NCBI RefSeq assembly: GCF_009914755.1
Contig: NC_060934.1
Strand: one strand, 5' to 3'
Length of the DNA stretch: 64,000 nucleotides
DNA from: the human T2T-CHM13v2.0 reference genome, Homo sapiens
Both the position numbers and the translations under genes were made by a program. The notes under the pieces were generated by a model. That model was not told where the DNA came from and ran no database searches. It saw nothing but the letters and a program-made list of their open reading frames with translations. Shown here one piece after another: positions 51,363 through 64,000 of this stretch; the first letter of the stretch is position 1, and every line of letters begins with the position of its first letter.

Positions 51363-51880
51363 CTATTTTGGGGGTCCCAGAGGCCATCCTCAGCCTCAGC
51401 GATTCACTAGAAGGACTCACAGAACTCAGAAAAGCTGTGAAGCGGGTGGTTATGGTTTATTACAGTGAAAGGAGGAGGGGAGGCTGGGAGTCAGCTTCCA
51501 GTTGCCCTCTCTCAGTGGGTCTGCACAGAAGCACTTACTTCTCCCCGCAATGACGAGTGACAACACATGGAGGACCGGCAGCCAGGCAGTCTCAGCCCTG
51601 GTTTCTAGGGGTTTCACTGCAAGTTGGTCACCTAAGCATGGGGTGCCCAAGCGACCGACCTTAGCTGCTTAGTCTCCAGCCCCTGTGGAGGTCAACTTCA
51701 CACCACATGGCCTGGGACCAACTCCCCTCCCGCTTGACTAAATCACATTGTCACCATAAAGTATGTGGCATGGCCCAAGGCCCCAGGAAAAGACAGTTTT
51801 CTCAGGCAGGACACTCTAAGGCCAGGGGTTAGAGGTTTACTCCTGGAGTCAGGCAAAAGCCAGACCTTTCTTGGAATTTA
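51363..51880 (-). mobile_element. MER21-like ERVL LTR
   Basis: 'gattcactagaaggactcacagaactcagaaaagctgt...ttatggtttattacagtgaaagg'. Confidence 0.75.
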
Positions 51881-53124
51881 AGATGTGGGATGGGATGAAG
51901 TCCCTAGGATGGGTACAGAGGATGGAAAGTGAGGAGAGCCGCAGACAGTGCTCTATAGAGCACCCCAACTTCCCAGGGAGAGTCAGAGAAAGGAAGAATG
52001 TCAGAGGCGGGAGGACAGCTTAGAAGGTGCCCCGGAGCCAAGGGCGCAGGGCAGTCAAGGGAACCACACCACACGTGACAGAGAATTCACGCAGGAGGCT
52101 GTCTGGAAAAGGTCCATGGGCTTAGCCATTTGGGTGAGAGCCATTTTAACAGAATGTTTCCACTGGAGTGGCTGGGGGCTGGACACCTGACAGTGGTTGG
52201 CTGGAAATGTTGGGAGGTGGGGATGGGAACACAGGCGAATGTTGTGAGCTGCTTGGCTGTGAAGGGAAGGAGAGCGACAGGGTGGCAGCTGGCAGGGAAC
52301 AGCAGGTGGAGAAACGTGTTTTCCTAACCATGGGAAACGGGAAGACGTGACTAAGTGTAGAGGTTGTGGGCAAGAGGCTGGAAATACGAACCAGAGTGAG
52401 AGAAAGAGGGAGGGAGAGATGACCTGGAAACTCGGGACGGAGAGCGTGCTGGAGGACGGAGGAGGCTGTAGGATCTGGAGAGCCACTCTAGGGAAAAGAA
52501 CGGGAACTGACCAGGGAGATAGGAACTGCTGAGGACAGCCGAGGTGCTTAGCACATGAACCAACGCGGAACATCGTAGAGCTTAGGCTGGAAAGTGGACT
52601 TCAGAGTTGAGTGTCATAGGCTGGGTGTGTGGGAATGAGGATGGGAGGGTTGTGAGAATAGCGGATCGTGATAAAGGAACAGAGCGTGCAATTTTGGAGA
52701 TTATGTTTGATGACAAAGTCTGTGGTGTGGCCCAGGGACTGGACAGGTGAAGTGCAGTAGGGTCTAGGGGCTAAGAACTGTTGAAAGTCAGGGTCAGAAT
52801 TTGATCACCCACAGGACCAACTCTTGTTTGGACATCAGGTAATGTTTAATCTGACTGAGAGGTAGGCATTGGACTAGAAGTTCCACTGGATTGGTGTTCT
52901 GGAAGCTCACGGTAATGCCTTCTTTCATGTACAAGGTAGCAATGAAGATGACTTAAGCCGTAGGTAGCAGAAAGCCTGAAACAAACTGGCTGAAGCAATG
53001 TGGAAATGTGAGAAGTCAGCCACAGAGCCAGCTGATCACAGGGCTCCAGGTCTGTTTCTCAGCTGTTCTCCAGGCTTGGCTGTCCTCTGTTATGTGGGCT
53101 TAATTCTTTAAAAAACTTTTAATT

Positions 53125-53760
53125 AAAAAAAATCGTGGTAAAATACACATCACATAAAATGACCATCTTAACCATTTTAAGGGTACAGTTTAATGATGTT
53201 AAGGACATTCCTATTGTTGTGCAATCATTACTATCATCCTTCTCCAGAACTCTTATCTTATAAAACTGAAATTCTATACCAATTACACAAATAACTGCGA
53301 TTCCCCTCCTCCCAGCCCTGACAACCACCATTCTACTTTCTGTCTCTCTAAATTGACTACTCTAGGAACCTCATATAAGTGGAATAACATGGTATTTGTC
53401 TTTTTGTGCCTGGCTTATGTCACTTGGCCTAATGTTCTCAAGGTTCATCCATGTTGTAGGATGTGTCAGAATTCTCTTCTTTTTTCAGGCTGAATAATTT
53501 TCCGTGGTATAGACAGACCACACTGGAAAAAAATCTATTCACCCGTCAGTGGACGTTTAGTTGCTCCTATCTTTGGGCAATTGTGAAGAAGGCTGTTGTG
53601 AACATGGGTGTACAAATCTCTTTGAGTCCCTGCTTTCATTTCTTTTGGGTGGGTACCCAGAAGTGGAATTGTTGGGTTTCATAGAATTCTATGTATAATA
53701 TTTTGAGGGATTACTGGGCCATTTTCCATAGCTACCATCCCATTTTACGTTCCCACCAAC
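53125..53760 (-). mobile_element. L1MB 3' end fragment
   Basis: 'gtggtaaaatacacatcacataaaatgaccatcttaaccattttaag...gactactctaggaacctcatataagtggaat'. Confidence 0.85.
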
Positions 53761-55011
53761 TGTGGGCTTAATTCTAAAGCTGCTTCTCCCCTGGTGGCAA
53801 ATGTTCAGGGCTTTACCCCCCATGCTATGACCTCAGAGGGAGGACAAAAACTGTCTGGGATCTGGCAGTAGTGATGAGACCTAGCCTGCTTGGTGGACTC
53901 AGGGCACAGGGCTAACCCTAAACCAATGACTATGGCAAAGGACTGGTGGGCTTTAGACAACCCACCCCCACCCCACCCCCCACACCTTGGAACTGGGGCT
54001 GTGGTCAACACCCTCATAAGTGTGTTTGCTGCGTGGATAGTGCTGGGGGCAGATTCCAGGACTATCCACTCAGCAAACACACAGATTCCAGTAACAGAAC
54101 ATGGCTGCTGGGATCACCAACTGTGTCCCAAACTCAGAGTGCTGGGACACAGATTTTTTCTTTGAATAGTTACATGAAGTTATAATTGGCATACAACAAA
54201 CTGCACATGGTTAAAGGGTACAGTTTGCTAAGTTTTGGTCTGTGTGTACCTGAGACACCAATATGATTGACCATCAGTTTAAAGTATTATTGATATGTTT
54301 CCTGAAAAATGATCATGTAATTATCCGCTGCATTCCAATATTGTTTTAGGATGTATCACTTGGTTTTCTCTGATTCTTACCACAATACTCTGGAAACACC
54401 TGATCATCGTTTTGCATATTCGGATGCCGCAGTGCAGGAGCAGCATCTCCGGATCGGTGAAGCGGTCCTGGGAAGGATGTCTCCTCGTGGTGGAACAATC
54501 AAAGTGTACGGAAAGACAGTTTTTCTCTAAAAAACTAAATGGCTTACTAGGGACCAAATCCAGAGTCTTGACCCACTTAACTGGATCCCTTGGCTGATCC
54601 TGAGTGGGCCACAGGCTGGACCCAGAACATGTGTCTTCAGGCCCTCCAGGCCTCTAGCAGGGCACTTATGTTCACACACCAGGGCTCAAGCCTGAAGGCC
54701 AATAGAGGCCAGGGCTGATGGAGTGGAGCCTGCGGCCAGCATTGGGCCTGCCCTGCCAGCCACGGGTGCCTCCTTCTTGCTGGCCGGCTGGCTGGGTATT
54801 CTGTGCACGGACTGCAGTTTGGTGGAAGAAAGGCGATTCCTTTACTTGTGTGGCAGGGTTCCAGAGAAGATGTGCATTTATAACTGGGACTCTGACAGCC
54901 TTGGGTTAGTCCCTGGTGGGCCACTGAACCGGACCTATTCATTTCAGGCCTGAGGTCACAGATGGGAAGGCCATTTATTACAAAGTAAACCTAAGTGAAA
55001 GTTCAAATCTA

Positions 55012-55192
55012 TCAGTGCTTCTTAATCCTAACTGGACGTTCAGATAACCTGGGAGGTAGACACAGATACCTGAGTCTCCCCCTTTCTCCCCAGATTCTGG
55101 TTTAATTGGTCTGGGTGAGGCCCAGGTGTCAGCATACTATCAAAGATTTCGGGTGAGTCCATCATGCTCCTGGCTTTGAGTGAGGACCACTG
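55012..55192. mobile_element. MER5-like DNA transposon remnant
   Basis: 'cagtgcttcttaa...cagattctggtttaattggtctggg...gaccactg'. Confidence 0.55.
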
Positions 55193-56983
55193 ACCTGAAG
55201 GGTTACTTCAGGTAAAAAGCCATTTTCATTTACATACATATTGCAAGACCATTCTTCTGACACCTGAATTCTTTCTATTTTTTCACATTACTTTTGTCTT
55301 CTGCTTAAGTGGAGCACGGACACTTCTCTGACATTTGAATGGTGACACAACGACTCAGGATTTTTAGGAAAAGGCTGTCTTGTTGTGAACACATGGTTTT
55401 CTTTCATTAACTTTGCAATGAAAGGGGTGACTCTCGCCAGACTTTAAGACATGTCTTCACAGTTTGTCATCTACAATGGGAGAAGACACTTTGGCTGTGT
55501 TCCTCCAGTTTCAGAGAAAATAACTGTGCCTCACAAGTTCGTCTACTAACTTCCAGCCTCTGGCAATAAAGTCACAATCTCTTTCTAGAGGCCCAGGCTG
55601 GGTGCTGCAGGCCACCTTCCCACAGTCACTTGGATGATTTAAGGTCACATTAGGAAAGAGATGGCAGATGCCAGTTCCCAGGTCCACGATCAAACAAAGA
55701 CTCAAAGGAAAAGACTTTGGAAACAAATAAGCCTGGCTCTTCCAAAAGCCACACTTCAGCAGGTTATGGGCAGGCTCTATTGAAGGTTTCACTGCAGTCA
55801 TTACTGGCTCCTGTGAAAAGGTCAAGGCCCTAATTCAGATGCTGGAGCCACTTCCCCAGCCTTGCAAAGGGAACATGGAATGCAAATATGGAATAAAGAG
55901 TAGGTTCTGCTTAGGACCTGGCCACTCAACTACCCCAGGGACTGTGGTTACCAGATAGTACCCTCCTGCCTGCTTCAGAGGTCTCCCCAGCCTGGGCATG
56001 GTGCACCCGACAGTCATCTCCAGAGAGCTGTCTCTACTGTGCTGCATACATTGCGGTCCCTCTCTGTACACCCGAATTGGGCAGGCAGGCCTTCCCTTTT
56101 CTTCTTTCCCTTTGAGAATGAAGTGTCCGTGGGAACACTGGGACGTTCAAGCCTCCCATCAGCATCTCTTCCTGCCTGTGCGAGGGCATCTGCCAGGTTA
56201 GTCTGAGAGGCCAGGACAGACCCTGCCTCCCAAGGTCTCCTTGGTTCCATGTTCCCGGCAGCAACTCCAAATGGTGGCTGACCAGTGGCAGGCCCTAAAC
56301 AGTCCTGTGTGAGGGCTGGCACTCTGAGTATGACTGTGTGAGCCTCCTCAGCCGGGCCCTGGGCCCCAGAGGGGGGACTCACCTTCCACATGGGGCCCGG
56401 GATGCTTTGACCTCCACACTGCCGGCCCAGCCTCCTGGGCTTTGTGTGGCTCCGGGCGGGCGGGCCTTTCTCCACCAGGGCCTCCTGGGGCAGCAGAGAA
56501 AGCACCCCAGTCCCGTTTCCCACCCTCTAACAGCGGGGGCTTGGACTTCCCTGGGTGTCCCAGGCCCTTCTTGTTGCAGCAGGAGGATCCTGTGCGTTTG
56601 ATCTAAATCTGGTCTCCCGCTGGAGAGGCCCAAACAATCTCGGTCAAAACAGTATTAACAGGAAACCTGTCTCTCAGGGCCAAGAATGCAACCAAAATAG
56701 CTCCAAGTCTTCAATTCCGATAGCAGCACCGTTTGGGAAGGCTTTACCTGAGAGAGACAATAAGTGGAACTCTGTCCCCAAATATCCCGCCCTGCCTCTG
56801 CAGCCTCCATGGGGCCTGGCGGAACACAGGGAGTGTGGGGCTGCTGGGCGCCAGGCTCCCCAGGTGGGTGGGTGGTGAGCCCTGACTGTCCTCCGAGGGT
56901 GGAGATGGGGATTCCGGCTCCAATCCCACTGTGCAACTCGAGTGTGCCACAATCAAAAGGCTTGTTTTGACTGAATTAACTGA

Positions 56984-57288
<305 letters not shown>

Positions 57289-59584
57289 CAGGTATTTTGT
57301 TTGGTGGAGATAATTGAGAATTTTAGAAGGAAAACAATCCTTGTTTTAAAGCATCTAATTTCGCTGTGAAATATTTACAAACTCAAAAAATACTACAAGG
57401 AAGAAGATACAAGTCACCCATAAGCTTACAGTACAGACAGAACACAGCTCACGCCTGTGGGAACGCTCAATATTTCTTCTATTTATGTGCACGCATCTAC
57501 ATAGACACCAGACATACAGCACACTTTTTAATGGGTTTGGGTATCTCTTGCTTCACTATTTTCCTCTCCCTCCAGGCAGCCCTTGCTGCCAGCTTCCAGA
57601 GGTGTCCGCTACCTCGGCAGCACATCTGCATTTGTTCAGAGGAGCTTTCATATGCAAGTGGTAGCACAACAAGGTACTTTTGTGGCCCTTCCTTTCCTTT
57701 TGAACTTGACCCTGTACCTTGCAGAACCTTCCAAATCGTACAGGCCTCCTTCTTTACGAACTTGTATAATATTCTACTGTATGATCACACCATAATTTAT
57801 TCAGTCCCCTATTGTGAACATTTAGATTGTTTTGAGACTTATTTAAAAAAATACTCAGTTTCTCACTTTGTAGAAGTGGTGTCCTTGAGTCAAACACTTC
57901 TGGTGCTGAGTGCTTTGCCAGCCTGCTCTCCCCTGAGCTTGTAAACCTGCACTCCCACTTGCAATAATAGCTAGGAGAGTGTTGATCTCTCCGCACCATC
58001 ACTCACACAGTTTGCCATCACAGCTTTTGAATTTTGCCAACTTGTTAAGTGAAAAATACCACTGCCTTTCTTTTAAGAGTGAGATTGAAATCTGTTCCCA
58101 TATTTGAAAGCATCTGCACTTTTGCTTCTCTGAACCGTCCATGCGGTTTTGCTCACTTTTCTACTGGTTGTTGGTATCTCTCTTTTTCTTCTCTCTTTTT
58201 GATAGCACAGTTTTTATTTTTTGGCCACTACTCCTTTACTACTTCTTAGCCCAGGAAGAATAGAAGCCGCCCACAATACAGTTTCTTTTTCTTCTTTTAA
58301 ATCTCCTACCTCACAGACTGTCTGCTTCCTGAAAACATGGCTTACCCATGGTTCCTCACTCAGTCTGTTTACTGATGCTTTCCCTGCCAAGTGACCAAAC
58401 TAGGTCCAGAGTAGCTCTAACCACCAACCCATGTACCCAGCTCCCAGAGGGTAATTTTATTCTGCAGAGAAACTTCTAGCAATGTACCACACAAGCTGGA
58501 AGAAGCAGCATGCCAGGTGGTAAAGAAAATATTTGGTTATTTTGGCTGGAAATTCTTGTCCTGTATAAAATTGTCCGTGGTAGTTGGTGGAGGGAAAAAA
58601 GCTTTCAGAGTCTAATATTACTGATTCAGTTTCCTCACAGTTGTTCTGGCAAAGTCTATGTAATTGCAAAAATGATTTGCTTTACTTAGAGTTTTGCTCC
58701 TCATTATTCTGAGATGTGAAGTTCTAAAGAGACCGAGGTCTCTATCGGGAAAGGTTTCCTCACCATCAGTCTGAATGTGGTGTGTCATCTGAACTTCTGC
58801 CTGTGATTTTTAAATCCTTTTAAGTTTTTTTCTAAGTATTGGCCTTTTAGTTCCATCTTTTAAGAAATAACCACAGGGAAAGGACTGTAACTAGCACAGC
58901 GGACAAACATAGACACCATTTTGCAGAAATGATCAGACTTTTTCCACTCTGTCCTCCCCAACCTGGTCCCTGCCCAGTGACAGTGAGATACACGCTGTGT
59001 CTTTCTTTCTTCTCTTCTCATCTGTGCAATTCCTGTATTCAGAGGCATCAGGATGTAGAGTGTTAGGCAGCAGGCTCTCCCCCTCACTCCTCATTTTCAT
59101 GGATTTTATTTGTGTTGAAGGCAGAGGCTCCCTTGCCACTGAACTGCTGACTGCATGGTTTGGATGCTCAGCCTGTGGCCTGTCGAAGGAGGATGCCACC
59201 AGGGTGGTCTGTCACTTCTGAGCCATGAGGAATGTTCAGACCTAATTGTTCTTAGTTCGAAATTCTACTGTTTGGAAAATGATTTTCTTTCTTTTTCCCC
59301 TATAAACACTAATAAAGGATTCATCATGTTATAATATTTGCTAGATAATCTTTGCTACATAGACTACATTTTTCTTTTTCTTTTCCAAGGGAGAAATATT
59401 ATCTCGGACGGCAGGCAATCTGCCAGTGTTTGTGATTCTTGAATTCTGAATGTATCTAGAACATTGCTATCTTGATATCTGCTGGCATTGGGGAGTAACA
59501 GTAGTAATAAACATAATGAAAAGAGTAATAGCAATTGTGCAGCACTTCATATGTGCCAGACACTCTTCAAAGCACTTGATTTTT

Positions 59585-60031
59585 CTTTTTTTTTTTTTTT
59601 TAAATTATACTTTAAGTTCTAGGGTACAAGGGCACAACGTGCAGGTTTGATACATAGGTATACATGTGCCATGTTGGTTTGCTGCACCCATCAACTCGTC
59701 ATTTACATTAGGTATTTGTCCTAATGCTATCCCTCCCCCAGCCCCCCAACCCCCGACAGGCAGTGTGTGATGTTCCCCACCCTGGGTCCAAGTGTTTTCA
59801 TTGTTCAATTCCCACCTATCAGTGAGAACATGCGGTGTTTGGTTTTCTGTCTTTGTGATAGTTTTTTGAGACTGATGGTTTCCAGCTTCATCCATGTCCC
59901 TGCAAAGGACATCAACTCATCCTTTTTTATGGTTGCACAGTATTCCATGGTGTATATGTGCTACATTTTCTTATACCAGTCTATCATTGATGGACATTTG
60001 GGTTGGTTCCAAGTCTTTGCTATTGCAAACA
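59585..60031 (-). mobile_element. 5'-truncated L1PA (PA6/PA7-like) 3' end, inserted in a MIR-like element
   Basis: TSD acttgattttt at 59574-59584 and 60032-60042; L1 3'UTR in antisense. Confidence 0.93.
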
Positions 60032-60127
60032 ACTTGATTTTTATTAATTCATTTAATCCTCACAAAAAATGGGAGGAACACTAGCTACCTTTGTTTTACA
60101 AGAGGAGGCCTTGGCACAGGAAGGTTA

Positions 60128-60595
<468 letters not shown>

Positions 60596-60841
60596 TCATC
60601 AGCCAACAATGATCATTGAATGAGCATCATAGCTGAGATTGGTTCTAAGACCCCTGAAAGTATTGTGGGTGATTTGGAGCCAACCCATAACTGGGTCTAG
60701 GGATATTGGAAGCTTTTATTTTCAGAAGCTTAACTTTTATTTCCCTTTTTCATCCGGACAAGTTTTAAACGGTATTCCTTGGGGGAATTTATAATGAATG
60801 GAATTTGGAAGATGTTATTAGTAATAATAAATTTACATCCT

Positions 60842-61134
60842 GGTCGGGCAGGGTGGCTCACGCCTGTAATCCCAGCACTTTGGGAGGCCAAGGCGGGTGG
60901 ATCACTTCAGGTCAGGAGTTCAAGACCAGCCTGGTCAACATGGCAAAACCCCATCTCTACTAAAAATACAAAAATTAGTCAGGCATGGTGGCCGGCGCCT
61001 GTAATCCAAGCTACTCAGGTGGTTGAAGCAGGAAAATCACTTAAACCCAGGAGGCAGAGGTTTCAGTGAGCCGAGATAGTGCCACTGCACTCCAGCCTGG
61101 GCAACAAAGAGAGACCACACCTTCAAAAAAAAAA
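60842..61134 (+). mobile_element. AluS
   Basis: Full dimer; 'ttacatcc' flanks both sides. Confidence 0.95.
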
Positions 61135-62267
61135 TTACATCCCATTAGGATTATTTAGAAAGCACAAAATTATATACCCTTCTTTCCAAGTGAGAGCCCT
61201 CCCTGTGTAATTGGAACTACAACCACGGTAAGACTGTGTGCGTGGTCACGCTTGCCCTGGTGCTATCTAGGGCACACTGGATATCTTAGACATGGTTTTT
61301 TCCTCACAGTCTCTAAACATCGACCCTGGTTAAAGACATAAGACACGTTAGTTACATGGTATAATCCTGTTACAGATTTTCAGGATGAGTTTTCCTCTAA
61401 AATTTCTATACTCCAAATCTTCAAGAGGCAAATGAAAGACGTTCGAAGGGCCTGAGCCTACCAGGTGACACATAATATGGATTGATGTGCTCAATTCATT
61501 TTTAATCTGCGGTCGATATACAGTCCTCTGTGCAGAATGGAGAAACCTGAAAACTGTATTTTCCAGTTGTCATTGTGCCTGGGATTCCACGTGGGCTGGA
61601 TGGCCCAGCAATGAGATGCACCCACTGGAGAATTAAACTTGGAGCTCGGTGGAGAGAGCTGCACAGCATGGGGAGCCATTTTCTGATGTGGATTCTGTGG
61701 GGAACTGTGTTTTGGAACCAGCAGTTCTTCACAGTCAACAGTTTTCTAAAGTCACTACCAGTCAGTCTTCTCTTTGTACTGTTATGTTACCAACCAGGTA
61801 GATAATCAGGCTTATTCATTTCAGATTGTTTTGGGAATTGTTTTGGAAACTGAATTCAGATGAATTTAGAAATGCGTTTCATTATTTATTGTATGTAAAA
61901 CATTTTGTTTTTAAAGTCAAAACTCTAGGTGGTATCTAAGAAGTCTTTCATTCCTATCCTCACTACCTTGTTTCTCCTTCCCTCTTTATGTAACCACTTT
62001 AAAAAATTAGTTTTTGGTTTGTTTTTCGAGTATTTCTTTTTGCCAATATAAGGAGATACATTTATATGTGTGTTTCTATGATTTCTTACCCAAAAGGGCT
62101 ACATTGTATTTCCCATCATGCCCCTAGTTCTTTTCCCTGCAACAGTGTCTCTTCCAGAGTTTCAGGTCAGAATTTGGAGCGAAGAGCTTGTTGTATTCTC
62201 TTGTCTGTTGCCCTGGCTACCACTCCAACACAGCGCCCTCATGGGGAACCCGTTTCCCATTTGGTAA

Positions 62268-63064
62268 TGGGCCAGAATTGGTTCCTCCCGGTGGGATCTT
62301 GGTATGGCTGACTTCAAGAATGAAGGCCCCAACCCTCGCAGTGATTGTTACAGTTCTTAAAGATGGTGTATCCTGACTCTGTTCCTTCTGTTCAGATGTG
62401 TGCTGAGTTTCTCCCTTCTGGACCCTCCTAGGGAGTGTTAGTTCTTAAAAATGGTGTGTCCAGAGTTTGTTCCTTCTGATGTTCAGATATGTCCACAGTT
62501 TCTTCCTTCTGGTGGGATCGTGGTCTTGCTGACTTCAGGAGTTAAGCCACAGACCTTCGCAGTGAGTGTTACAGCTCTTAAAGGTGGCCCCTCTGGAGTT
62601 GTTTGTTCCTCCCGGTGGGTTTCTGGTCTCGCTGACTTCGTGAGTGAAGCTGCAGACCTTCGCAATCAGCCTTACAGCTCATAAAGGTAGTGCAGACCCA
62701 AAAAGTAAGCAGTAGCAAGATTTAGTGCGAAGAGCAAAAGAACAAAGCTTTCACAAACTGGAAGGTGACTCTAGCGAATTGCCAGTGCTGGCCCAGGTGG
62801 CCTGCTTTTATTCCCTTATTTAGCCCCATGCACAGCCTGCTGATTGGTCCATTTTACAGAGAGCTGATTGGTCCATTTTACAGAGAGCTGATTGGTCCAT
62901 TTTACAGAGTGCCGATTGGTCTGTTTTTACAGAGTGCTGAGTGGTGCGTTTACAAACCTTTAGCTAGACACAGTGCTGATTGGTGTGTTTACAATCCTTT
63001 AGCTAGACAGAAAAGTTCTCCAAGTCCCCACCTGACCCAGAAGCCCAGCCGGATTCACCTCTCA
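62268..63064 (-). mobile_element. LTR12-family (ERV9) solo LTR with 4-bp TSD and five CCAAT boxes
   Basis: Minus strand starts TGAGAGGTGAA; GTAA TSD at 62264-62267 and 63065-63068; ATTGG at 62843, 62867, 62891, 62915 and 62979. Confidence 0.93.
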
Positions 63065-64000
63065 GTAAGATGCTGGTTTTAGGGTGGAGTTGTTTATCTA
63101 AGAAATCATGTCAGGGAAGTATCCAACAATTCTTTCTTAACTGAATATTTTTAAATACCAGCAATGGGTGTCAGATTTAGTTAAGTGGAGGCAGAAACCA
63201 TGCCTATTTTTAAATGAAAATAATTTAACATAAAGAACTGTTCACTAAATGACAAGAAGGGACTGCTAAGACATCTGAGAGGTTGTGGGTGGGGGACAAA
63301 GGGGAGAGGAGGGGCCACATGGAACTCAGCCCTCTGCAAATCCCCCCACTCCCTGAGCTCAGGCTGGGTCCTGAGGCCTGACGGGCTCCTGGAGCCAGAC
63401 CCAGACGTCTGATGGAGGCAGCGGCTGGCTGGAGGAGCAAGTGCAAACAGCAAACTGGACTCAAGTGCTGCTCCTGGAACACACCACCACATTTGAGGTG
63501 AAGAAGTGAGGATGGGATGATACTGGCTGAAGAGGGAGCAAACAGGAAGAGTGATGCCCCCAGCCTGGCCGCCTCCCTTCTGCCCGTCTACTGCAGGGCC
63601 TAGCAGGCACAGCCAGCGGAGCTGGGATGCGGTTTGCAGGGTACCAGCCCCAGCATTGCAGAGCGAAGTGAGGAGCGCAGGCTGGAAGCTCAGGGACGAC
63701 AGCCTGATAACTGGCACAGCACGTGTGAAACAACATGACTTTTCTTCTTGAAGATATAGATACCATGAGTCAAACACTAATGTGATTAGGCTTTCGAAAA
63801 TCGCTTTCTTTTCTGGAACGAATCCCACCTGGTCATGACAATTGTTTTGTACATATACTGTTTGCTCACACTTTTAAGATTTTTATGTCAGTATTTATAA
63901 GTGAATTTGGTTTATAATTTTCTTTTTAGGGCAATATTTAGTTAGATATTGATATCAATGTTAGGTTTGTTTTGTAAAAAAGAATTTGGAAGTTGTAATT

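Noticed and set aside
55193-55213. Hairpin ACCTGAAG-ggtta-CTTCAGGT
   Set aside because: An 8-bp stem is expected by chance in 64 kb, and it lies at a MER5 edge.
57366-57944. 192-aa ORF
   Set aside because: GTG start, no homology, and overlaps degenerate L1M-like sequence.
63181-63828. 215-aa minus-strand ORF
   Set aside because: Non-ATG start, no recognisable domain, and spans probable old LTR and L1 fragments.

Overview
Primate (very likely human) intergenic, repeat-rich DNA with no intact protein-coding gene that I can support. It contains three processed pseudogenes within about 15 kb: SPRING1/C12orf49 (+, ~30974-33890), UQCRH (+, ~35134-36321) and ELOC/TCEB1 (-, ~43190-45222). From memory this trio fits 10q11.21 between ZNF32 and CXCL12 (UQCRHP3, ELOCP30); that placement is unverified. 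Other features are a full-length disabled L1PA4/5 with a 16-bp TSD inside a Charlie-type hAT fossil, 13 Alus, several solo LTRs (including an LTR12 with intact CCAAT boxes), nested old L1M fragments, a 28-bp x ~50 VNTR, a GAA-rich homopurine tract, and a CpG-rich island (~5.1-6.1 kb) bracketed by a ~265-bp direct duplication. I do not see a convincing new multi-gene system. The strongest leads are: (1) the SPRING1 retrocopy appears to preserve an alternatively spliced isoform lacking the transmembrane anchor; (2) an ORF1-only, internally primed L1 insertion in the ELOC pseudogene shares a 108-bp identical tract with the full-length L1 23 kb away; (3) the duplication-bracketed CpG island holds adjacent NF-kB and STAT sites and a 267-codon ORF with a strong Kozak context; (4) the MIR-derived VNTR is an array of consensus 5' splice sites with 9-unit higher-order structure. 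Repeat subfamily calls are by eye from remembered consensus sequences, and boundaries without a TSD are approximate.
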